Below, in pieces: positions 42,737 through 53,400 of a stretch of DNA of 64,000 nucleotides. The DNA lies in assembly GCF_964204645.1 (NCBI RefSeq), contig NC_134025.1, forward strand, positions 7,192,001 through 7,256,000, read 5' to 3'. Each line of letters starts with the position of its first letter. The first letter of the stretch is position 1. Position numbers and translations under genes: made by a program. This DNA is from Tubulanus polymorphus (taxonomy: Eukaryota; Animalia; Nemertea). Below the pieces are notes generated by a model. The model saw nothing but the letters and a program-made list of their open reading frames with translations, searched no databases and was not told the DNA's origin.

Positions 42737-44302
42737 TGAAAACAAATTGTTACTTCAGGAAAAGATTGACATGTTAAAAACACTAGGTGCTGATGTCAGA
42801 CCTTGCCCAGCTGTCCCATGGGAAGACCCGGATAATTATAATCATCAGGTAGGGTAGGTACTGGTATATAGTGTGCTTAGAATTACTTCTTATAACATTG
42901 ATATGTGTCTATCGAGGACAAATTTTACCGTGTTTTTTAGGCTAAACGATTTGCGGATGGATTAGAAAATTCTGTGTGGACGGACCAGTTTGATAACACT
43001 GCAAACAAAAGGGCTCATTATGAAACCACAGGACCTGAAATTTGGGAGGAAACAGGTATGAAACAATACAAAATATACCTGTTCAATAAACCTTGGAGTA
43101 ATCTCCAAGAAAAAACCGTATCTTAACTTTTGAGTGTACAACTGTTTATGTATTTTGTTTGTCTTCTGTAGATGGTAAAGTGGATGCAGTTGTATTTGGT
43201 ACTGGAACTGGTGGAACTCTAGCAGGAGTGGGCCAATATCTAACTGAGAAAAATCCCAATGTGAAAGTCTTTCTAGCAGATCCTCAGGTATAGATTTTCC
43301 AAAAGCATGAGTTCCTTGCGAAATGACAGGAAAAAATCAACATGGCTATATATATGTATTGATGACAGCGAAGAATATTCTTAATTTCTCTTATGTCCTA
43401 GGGGAGTGTATTGTATAACTGGTTTGAATATGGGAAATTAGAAAGAACCGATGGTATCTCTATCACCGAAGGCATTGGACAAGGTCGAGTAACTAATAAT
43501 CTAAAAAATGCCCCTATTAGTAAAGCGTTTCTAGTCACAGATGTTGATGCTGTTAGTATGGTAAGTAAAGTTTTCTGATATTCTGTTTAAATGTTGACTG
43601 GACGTTCCTTTGCTCAATGTTTTTATGTTATCATTGAAGACATTTCGCCTGCTTCATGAGGAAGGACTCTTTGTTGGAGCATCGTCTGGATTGAATGTCA
43701 ATGGTGCCGTCCAAGCTGCTAAACTACTTGGTCCAGGTCACACAATTGTCACTTGCCTGTGTGACACTGGTCAGGTAATTGTTTACTGATTTATGATGAA
43801 ATAGTAAAATGCCCAAACTACGCAAATTGGATTCACTCATTCTCATTATGTGGACCCCTTGAGTTAAAAGGTCTACTGTAGTTATTACGGTATAAGTAGA
43901 TTAAAGTTTATTGCTCCACAAAAAATATAATTGTTACGAGTATGAATTCAACCATTTCTTTTGCAATACCCATACACTGTTTACCTTTGTCATCACTTAA
44001 ATTAACAGTTTGATGTTTGAAATTCCTGCAATTTCAGAGATATTATGCTAAACTGTTCAGCAAGGAATTCTTGAAAAGTAAAGGTAAGGCAAATTTTGAG
44101 AGATTAGACAGGGATTGGTAGTAAAGCATGCTAGAATTTTTCTTATAAGAATGATTCATTCAAACATAGAATGTTTTTTTCCCATTAAGAACTGCTGATC
44201 TTCAGCTGCTGAAATACAATTCTTAGTGTTGGTATCCTTTACTGATCCTTTTCAGATTTGTTGGACTGTATTCCAGAGCCATATAGAAAATCTCTTCATT
44301 GA
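41692..44302 (+). CDS. Mitochondrial-targeted PLP-dependent cysteine synthase (O-acyl-serine sulfhydrylase), fungal Cys1a/CysB-like; 12 exons, 371 aa
   Basis: Exons 41692-41802, 42024-42058, 42144-42184, 42295-42390, 42523-42647, 42759-42848, 42941-43055, 43172-43287, 43402-43560, 43640-43774, 44038-44083, 44256-44302. All introns are GT-AG with compatible phases, and the total is 1116 nt ending in TGA. Motifs: [23 protein letters not shown] (PLP lysine), [72 protein letters not shown]. The N-terminus [37 protein letters not shown] is basic and has no acidic residues. Confidence 0.95.
42686..42736. repeat. (CAT)17 microsatellite in intron 5 of the cysteine synthase gene
   Basis: Read directly from the sequence. 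Confidence 0.97.
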
Positions 44303-44434
44303 TTGAAATCTTTAAAAAAACTCAGGTCAAGGACTGATATATGAGAACTGGTGCTTAAAATTCTGAAATATCATTGAATTAATTCTAATTGTAGTAATTA
44401 AGTAATTGTAGTATTTTATATGTTATTGATGATC

Positions 44435-44472
44435 AATAAATCGACAAATTATTTTTAATAGAAGGAAATAAA
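44435..44472 (+). terminator. Polyadenylation signals of the cysteine synthase gene
   Basis: AATAAA at 44435 and 44467, followed by a T-rich downstream tract. Confidence 0.55.
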
Positions 44473-44875
44473 GAACAAAATGTATAACAATTCAGTAATA
44501 TTTTATTTTTATGGTATTTCTTGTATGTTTTCTTTATAAACTATTATTGGAAGTCTACCTGGCTCCAGAGGGTTCCTTCACAGTACGTACGGTTGCGCCA
44601 CTACGAAAGCGTCATTCCATACTGTGGCACGCGAGATAAACACTGAGTAAAGCTAAAAGTAATAATATCAACCCAAGATTGTTTAATGGACTGTTTCGCG
44701 GTCATCGACGTCACTATTGAGGCACATTGATATTGAAATACTGCTTGATTTATCTAGAAAAAAAAAATCATTATTTCAACTTGCATTGAACCGCTACTAA
44801 TTTCGTGAAATTGTTATAAATGCAATCAGTTGTTTAGACTGTATAGTGCGATCATTAGTATGGCTGTGTGTAAAG

Positions 44876-44950
44876 CACGTGTATTTGTTTACATTGCCTG
44901 AACGCGGAAGTACAATACTTCCGGGAATTTGAAAACTTGTGCTGGTAAAG
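44876..44950 (+). promoter_or_regulatory. Putative housekeeping-type promoter, probably the distal RIN promoter
   Basis: E-box CACGTG (44876), FOX-like TGTTTAC (44886), an inverted ETS pair CGGAAGTA-caa-TACTTCCG (44905-44923), and then a donor CTG|GTAAAG at 44944/5. Confidence 0.5.
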
Positions 44951-45122
44951 TAAAGTCGATCTATTTCTGTACAGTTTTAGTTGTAAATAAGGCTGATAAG
45001 AATTAGTGACTGTATTTTAGAAATATCCGCCTGATTTAGGCCAATATGAAGATGAGTCTTGCCGTTTAAGTGAGGAGGCTGAACTAAATTTTCCCGCTCC
45101 GCTAGCACTACTTAGTCTGAAT

Positions 45123-45193
45123 CACAGGTGCTCGTATCATAAGTTTGTGGGTGAACTGTAGCTTAGATTATCCAGTGTCCCTGAAGAAATATA

Positions 45194-45238
<45 letters not shown>

Positions 45239-45299
45239 CAGGGATACTGGATGATCTAAGCTACAGTTCACCCCCAAACTTATGATACGAGCCCCTGTG
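45123..45299. mobile_element. Foldback/MITE-like inverted repeat: two 61-bp arms around an AT-rich/(TA)n spacer
   Basis: Arm 45123-45183 (CACAGGTGCTCGTATCATAAGTTTG...TCCCTG) is the reverse complement of 45239-45299 with 4 mismatches. The spacer contains a long TA run. Confidence 0.85.
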
Positions 45300-48106
45300 C
45301 CGTGGCACTAGTTAGTAGCAGTACTTACCATTATTTTGGCATTGCAGTATTCATTTTGTTGGAATTGGATTGCTCCTGTTTTCGACCCCCTCTATCCTAG
45401 GTATTATATAAAACATCAGAAGTATTTCTATGAGGTACCTTCGATATTGGGATCAAAAACCTTTTGCATCAGGCCCCTGACCCTGTAAACTAACTGAGCC
45501 TTTTTTTCTAGCTTCTGTCTTAAGTCTGAATGCAATTTCTTTTCCAATTATTAGGCCTACTACCACCTACGTGCTTATTGGAAATTGCTAATTGCTAATA
45601 TAGCTCTACCATTTAGATTTTCAGGATTGCATAATAATTAACATATTTATGAACGGCCCTTTTGGACGGTGTTCTAAATATCCTACTAAATTTTAGTAGC
45701 ATACGTTTATTTGTGCATGAAATATCAGAACGGACGTGTCATAATGTATTTATGCTTATCATTTTCTGTATGTAATGACACATAATTGTAGTAATCAATT
45801 CAGACACTATATCAGTAATAGACTGAGTCTAATCACCAAGTATTCTACGGTTTAATTGCGTAATCACTTGTTTTTCACATTTGTAGTTCACATATCATTT
45901 CCTGTTCAAAGTCTTGTTAGCCTCATTATTAAGGAGATAAAGAACTTTTTCTTAAATTATTAAGACTGTGGGAACTAGAAATCAAGCTCCTGTTGAATTC
46001 ATTTTAGGATAGTTGCTTTAAGCAATTTTTTAAATTCATTTTCCAAAGTACGTGTTACCCATTAGAGATTGATACATCATTGAAAATGAAATTTATTAGC
46101 TTAGTTACAGGTTGGACAATATAGACAATATATAGACAATGGAATAAAGAGCATTCTAAATGGAAATAATCTGACTGTAGGCCCTATAATGTTTCTGCTT
46201 TAAAGTAAGAAAGCATAATAATTGCCACGTTTATTAAAAACATTGTCTTTTCTTCGATGAATTTATTGTTGCAAGTAATCCGTACAACACCTATGCTACA
46301 GTTCACCAAAGGGTTAAGTGTTTAAAGGTAGGTCTCTCTTAACTCGGTAGTGGAATGAGGCCACATTAGTGCATTATTATGTGTACATTTTCTCTGTATA
46401 ATTGTGTCACTATCAGCTGGAACTGTGTACACAGCGCAATCATTTGACAGTCCTTCCTGTAAGTAACTTGTCTACTGTGCATTTGTTTACCTAAAAACTT
46501 TATCATCAGATTTTTCTTTTCGTGTAATGTACTCCCGACTTGAGCGGATTAATTATGCAAATTATTTTAAGCCGTGTATTTTGACAGGTGTCTGAAAATA
46601 GTGCACTCGTATTTAATGACTGGCTATGTTGTTTGTGTTCCGGATATGCCAGACATTTCTGACAGGACATACAATTTGCCTGGTAAAACTTTTGAACTGA
46701 TTTGAGTAGAACTTTTTAAGTTTCATAGTTTAAATTTTGTCCTACAATTTTCTAGACAGGTATTTAAACTATTTTTCTGTGAACTTCATAAGTGAAATTG
46801 ATAATTCGATATCACTGAATTCATTAGCTTAATATCAACTTGAATAACCCTATTACCTGGGGTTACCTTTTTGTTCATCTGAAGGGTGGTCCTATGGCCT
46901 AGCGTCAAGAGAGCTATTTGATTTCCAGGGACTAGACAGGTTGTGGTTAGTTTGTGTTTAATATCAATGATTGAGATGATTTCCAGGGAATATTTCACCA
47001 GTGCCCTTCACACTTCCATGGAAACATCACTGCACTAGGCTGATCAACAAATATTGATTCTATTTTGAGTCATTGATGAACAAAAGATAACTGGTTTTAT
47101 GGGCTAATGTGTGATTTTACTTATTTGCCCATCGTCCTACATAGTCAGTCAAGTGTTCTAGAATTAATGACAGTGGATCATACAAATCCTATTGAAAACC
47201 TGATTGACATGAATGGTTTATTCTATTGGTCCCTGCGTTTAAAATATTGAAAGATTGCAGTATTTGAGATATCAATATTTATGTTGAAAGAATTAAAATC
47301 ACAATTCTGAGGCTGATTCATACTTTCAAACAGTGTTTACTAGTTCTCGTAGTCTGAATGAGATCTTTCTTGGTCTCAGAGAGTAAAAAGAAGATCTCCC
47401 TCGGGTTCGCTGTTTATGTAATTTACTCTTAAACAACAGATAAGCCATTTTTCAGATGTGAGTCAATCTCCCGGATTCCTGCGGGATATCAAAATATTTT
47501 TAGAGTGAGAATCGTGTTCTTTGTGTCTGGAAACGAAAAAACGGCTGGCTGGCTGAGCTGGCTTGTTGCTTCATCCATCTGCATCTTGTCAGAGATTGAG
47601 TTTATTACTAACATCTCCGTTCTCTGCGGCGGTCCAGTGTGACAGATTAATTTCGAAGAGACTATCACTGACACGATATCTACATCTTGAACTCGATACA
47701 TACATATATCGATTCGAATAAATAAGCAACTTCTGATACATCGCTTTCTAGGGGACATTTTTCACTGGTGTACAGTGCGTATGCAGCAGAAAAACCAGAG
47801 TTTGGATTTGTCTCGTTTCATTGTCAATAACAGATAAATTCGTGTTCCCGAAATTAGTGGTCCCAAATGAATCGATATCAATAGACTCCAGTGGATATTA
47901 TATAATAATGGTCTACAATACAGCTGAATCAGAAAAAAATTCCTCGCTTGTGTATTTATGAGTGCGAAATAAGCGGGCAGGCGTGAAACGACGAAATATG
48001 AACAACAATTTTTGCTGTGTGTATTTCAGGTCCAGTGCAGTACGGAGATATGCTGGCGGCGCGTCGTAGATTAGTGAGTTTTCGGATTTAACATTACCAA
48101 CCGAGA

Positions 48107-48163
48107 ATGGAATCTGAGGTGAATTACAGAAGTTCAACTGGTCGGAAATCCAGCTACCATAAG
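48107..48163 (+). CDS. Candidate alternative first coding exon of the RIN/sprint gene (MESEVNYRSSTGRKSSYHK)
   Basis: ATG at 48107, 19 codons, then a consensus donor AAG|GTAAGT in phase 0, which fits the phase-0 exon at 51347. There is an upstream acceptor tttcag at 48025-48030, and the surroundings are locally richer in CpG. Confidence 0.5.
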
Positions 48164-49124
48164 GTAAGTTGTGTTAAGATTTAAATCAATATACACAATG
48201 CGAAGTTACAAAAATATTTACAGGAAACAAGTACCATAGAACTGTACTATACACATATAATTTCAAACTGTCAAATTAAATGTAAATTCAGACCCCGATT
48301 TAACATACTTCCCCGCAAATTTATCAATTCTGATTTACGACTTAAGGTAAGACTTGAACGACAGGGTCTAGCTCGCAGAATATGTCATTTATGATTTCGT
48401 GTCGTGTTGATTATGTACCACATTATGCGAGTGATTTGCTCTAGATTTCTGCGCCTTTTGAAGTGGCCATAAAACCATTAGTCAAAAAAATTGTTCCATT
48501 CAATCGTTGGAATAATGAGCAGTTTAAAGAACTATTCTTTCGGCATTGAAATGCTGTTGTAAATTTTTCGAAATTTTCAATCAATACGAAAAACAACATT
48601 AATTGGTAGGAGTTTTGGTATTTTAGTTTGTATATGGTAGTTTATTGTTAGCGTTCTCAACGGGAGAGTGGAATATTGTCTGGTTCCGCGGAATCATTCC
48701 TGAAATAGATTCCCCTGTGGAGTCATACAGTACAGAGCTTTTGATTGAATATTTTTATGTAAAGAAAAATGCCTTTGATAGGATTAGCCATATTTTCCAT
48801 TTGTCTGGCTCCGTATTCTTTGTGTCACTCAGCATTCTTTGATTTGTTTTAATCAAATATGCGTACATTACATGCTTGTAGAAAAGTCAGTCAAAATGAT
48901 TACTTTGTGGTTCTTCGTTGTCAAAAAAGTTTGTTTATTTTTAGTGAAGTGTTGACAAAACTAATTGAGACGTCCAACATGTTGTGAAATAAAACAAAGG
49001 CAGTAGGAATTGACATAGGCCTATTGACAGGCACTGCAATTACCATGTTAGCCATCTATAGATATTTGACAACAAATTCATATTCTCAGAATCTTGGAAT
49101 CTTCAGTACAAGTTTCTCATGAGA

Positions 49125-49338
49125 GGTGCAGTGGCCTAGTGGTTTAAGCCGCCGGTCACTGGTCTCGTCAATCCAGGGTTTATGGGTCCAAACCCTGGTG
49201 GCAACAGGAGTTTTTTGGTCGAAGGTTCTTCTTTGGTTTCTCCCTCATTGGGGAAATATAAAATCAAACCTGCTAATAATGCCCTGCATGGCGCTCAGTG
49301 GGTTGAGGCTATTAAAAAAAGATTAAATTAAAAACATT
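49125..49338 (+). mobile_element. tRNA-derived SINE with target-site duplication, upstream of RIN exon 50401
   Basis: A-box TGGCCTAGTGG (49132-49142), degenerate B-box GGTCCAAACCC (~49184-49194) and an A-rich tail. Flanking direct repeats are AAGTTTCTCATGAGA (49110-49124) and AAGTTTCTTTTGAGA (49339-49353). Confidence 0.75.
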
Positions 49339-49412
49339 AAGTTTCTTTTGAGATTTCTTCACAAACAGACAGGTTCTTAAACAGTGTTTGAAATTTTGTA
49401 TATCGACATATC

Positions 49413-49666
49413 CAGGGGTAGATCTAGGGTGTGATTCAGGGAGGGGTGCACCCCCAAAAAAGGGAATATATGTAATTAAAAGGGTACCCCAAAAGAAAGC
49501 TCATCAGAAAACATTAACTCATTTTTGAAAAAAACAGAGGACAAACTTATGAATTCTATTGTTTATGTATCTGTTTAATGTTTTCATTTCCCCATAAAAT
49601 TTCAGGGCATTTTGTGACATTTTTAGGGGTGCGCACCCCTGCACCCTCCCCTTGGATCCGCCCTTG
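49413..49666. mobile_element. MITE with CAGGGGCGGATCTAGG-type terminal inverted repeats
   Basis: Left end CAGGGGTAGATCTAGG and right end CTTGGATCCGCCCTTG, with subterminal GGGGTGCACCCC palindromes. The termini are of the same type as 29000-29300. Confidence 0.75.
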
Positions 49667-50400
49667 TGAATCTTTGATTTTGTTAGTAGCATTGTGGCTT
49701 GTACATACAAGAGATCAGAAGTACTCTATGATGTCCTCGTTCTGCAATTTGCATTTATAATGTGAATTCCATATAAATTATACACATATCAAAACAAATT
49801 CTCAGTAACCGGAAGTCACATAAAAGTCATTATCGACTTTACTATGAAAGGTGACAGGCCATAAATTGGCCGTGTGCCATTTTGCCGTAATGGAAAAATA
49901 CTTTTTTAAATACCAACATTGAATGCAAAGTGTAGGCAGGGCTTTATGTTGATGTGATTGACTGGCGCTATCTATTTAGGATTGAATCCGACACAGTTCC
50001 TTCCCAGATCAACACACCTCTCAGTAGGCTTGGCGGAATGAATTCATATCATTTTTTTTTGTGGAAAAGTTATCGGTACATACCAGACGCTTACTCCGAT
50101 CGAGGACATGTATTGTGTGCAAACAAAGAGTCATAATTCCGAGTAATGATATTATGTTACATGGCGATTTGACCACAAACCGTGGAGACAAGAACAACAT
50201 ATAATGATCTTATATTGATAATCTTGTGTATAGTACTAGTAATATACTCAACAATTTAGTTCATACGATCGAATTTAGAAATTAGTTCTTCAAAGTGCGT
50301 ACGTCAATGAACCATTCTTGTGACAAACTTCAATGGATTCAAACTTATATTTTCAACGACTCTCAAACAGCGTGCTGGAATAACGTAGGTTTAGACGTAT

Positions 50401-53400
50401 ATGTCCGGCAGTCTGGGTCTAATGATGGGCATTAGGAATAGCTCTTCCACTGAAATCATGTTATCCGATCCAGTAGAACCACGAAAATCACTGCAAAATA
50501 TTGAGGATGTAAGTTAGTAATCATAAATATTTGACAGTATATTTGTACTCAAGATGATGTTGATACGATCCAGTTTCATGATAGCATTTCAGTTGCGGAT
50601 CTTTTTTTCAATTTCACTATCCGAATATGATTATCAAAATTTGTAACGCTTGAATATTCAATTAGATTTTCACAGATCTAATTCAGTTTATGTTTATGTA
50701 ACCTGTTTGAGAAATTTGAATGTGACATTGGAGATGTTTCACATATATCTGTAATGATGTCTGGATGTTCACGCACAATATTATTGGTATTCATACGATT
50801 TTGATATATTTTCGTCTGTACATGGGGATATATTGCTGAATGGTTGTTTGAACAGTCTGATATTTTATTGTATGATATTCTCTCGGTTTATACAGTAGAG
50901 ATTAATGGTGTATTTATATCACGCAATATTATATAACGTATAGCTTAACGATTGACCTGTTGTAGCGTTGGAATATTAATCATTTTTATGAATAATATCC
51001 CTATATAATTGATGTGCTGGAATAAGAAGTTTCATTATTATTATGAACCAAATATCAGCTAACCTAAAAAAAGCAACTAATTTGTCAAATCAAAAGATTC
51101 TGAAGATTTGCATTTTTATGGATGATTAGTTTCAAATGAACTATAAGTGCCTGGCATAACATCCTCTGCCCCAAAATCCAAGCATTTGTCATAATATTGT
51201 GAACCAATGACCTGATTATTCAAAGTTAGAAAGACAATGCTGGTATTTCATTACTGTAATGTTTGACCAGGCGCTCCTTAATGCGTTTGATGAAACATGG
51301 TAATTATGATTCCAAGCTGTCAACAGTAATTTCCTCATTATTTCAGCTTCTGAGCAGCATAGCCGATGACCTAGATTTCCTCCTCAATGACCTATATAAA
51401 AACTATCCACAGATCGGTCCAACTCGGGTCTCACCATGGGATGAAGAAGGTATAATTCCAAGCGAAAAACAGTAAGTGCTTCATCCAAAAGAGATATCTA
51501 AAACATTCTTTTTGGTCTAATTTCTTTTGTGCTATAAAATCTTGCAAACATTACGTAACATATGAAACAGGAATCAAGAATGAAAGCTGAATTATTTAAT
51601 CGTAATCATTTTCAGCGCTTCAATATTCGAGCAGTACATGGCAGGAGTTGAAGCTGATGATGAGGCATCGGATGATGAAATGCCACGGTCCGATGCAGAT
51701 GTGTCTTGCCAAAACTCTGTCATCTCAAGTCATCTCGACATATTTGCTTTAGAAGATTCTGAAAAGGTGACTTTTGCCGATCAATTGATTCCTATATTAA
51801 TAAATCTTAGAACATTTTATAAATTGCGTCGTGATTAAATTGTGTACCGAATCATATCCTGCTCAACCAGTTCTAAATGATAATTATTGTATCATACAAA
51901 ACAATGAACCAGCATCTAAAAAGTGATTGTATTTATTAAAGCTTTGTAGTTACGTACATTGACGTATATGCATGTTATATGTATTATCTTCTTCATGCAG
52001 GCGCTGCATATTCCTGAAAGAGAGGAAATAGAAGAACCTGCTGCTCCATTATCATTGATTGAGCGTCTCATCAAGACCCATCCCATCTGGTACCTTCCCG
52101 ATGTCGACCGCAATGAAGCTACTAGCATTCTTCGCAACCATAATGTCGGCGTAAGTACTTGAACTTTAAAGTACTGTACAGGATATATTATCAATCTATT
52201 GATACTATCATTGAACTGAAATTGTTCTACTGTTACATCGTTTTTTAGACGTTTTTGGTTCGTCAATCTAGTCACAAAGACACGATGGCATTATCATTGA
52301 AACTAAATCACAGCGACCCAGGGTTGGACCATTATTTGATCGAATTCACAGACAAAGGTTTACACGTAGAAGGCTCAAACCATTATTTTCCAGCAATGCC
52401 TCTTCTCATAACACATTATACTGAAACTCTGTAAGTCAATTTAATAGATGGATACATAAATTCATGGATGAACAAGAAGATATTCATTGTTGATTAACCT
52501 GTTTATGCCAGATTGACCAGAAAACAGCTGTGCCTTCAGAATTCTTGACATTGTATATGGCATCATTCGATTGTATCTTGATAGAAATTGTTGGTAATGT
52601 ATCCATTCATTTACAGGGATGAACTACCAATTCAGTTGAAACTTCCTAACTTGATTTTAAAAGCTGAAACTGTTGAGCACCTCGCATCACTGGCAAATCT
52701 TGGTCAAGGTAGCTATCATCGAAAATACCGTACATGAAAATCGATCATACGGTAGGTGTTACATTGGAAAGCATCATCTCATTTTATTTCATTATAGGAT
52801 TTTGGACCGCATATTTCGATGGAAATGATAATGAGAATTTTGTCGAAATCGAATGCCCGAGAAGATCTGCATCACCGGATACAACGCTCGTTGCGCACAC
52901 TGTTAGTTCACCAATATCGATTGGTAAATTCATCCAGAATAAACCGAAACGAGACATTTTCCAGACACCTTCAGGATCGAGTCTATTGTCGGATTGTTCA
53001 TTAATGTTGTTGCAATCATCAAACATTCAATCAAACTTGGATACATGGGAATCTCCAAATGAACTCAATGCGTTTAGTCGTGGTCAAGAATCAAAATTCT
53101 CTACGTCGAAAAGCATGAACAAATTTTCAGCTGGTTTCGGGGCTGAAAGCTCTGAATATCCTGATACTCAACAGCTGGATGAAGTTCAAACAAAAGAATG
53201 CAATTTTTCTGAAAAACTCGATACGTTTAAAGCTTTAACGAAGTCACAGTGTTATCATTTCAATACGGAAGAACTCATGTTTGAAACAGTAGAATCTCAT
53301 TGTAGCGATATTAGATATAAACCGAAAGATGACAGGTTATCTCTAAAAAGTATATCCAGTTTCACTGATGTGGAACATTGGCACGATCCACCTCCACTTC

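Noticed and set aside
41692-44302. Bacterial/fungal contamination or recent horizontal transfer of cysteine synthase
   Set aside because: It has eleven canonical introns in host style, host-like composition, a targeting leader, and contiguity with RIN, TMEM179 and PAP.
49125-49205. Possible tRNA gene
   Set aside because: The B-box is degenerate and there is no proper cloverleaf. The tail and TSD indicate a SINE.
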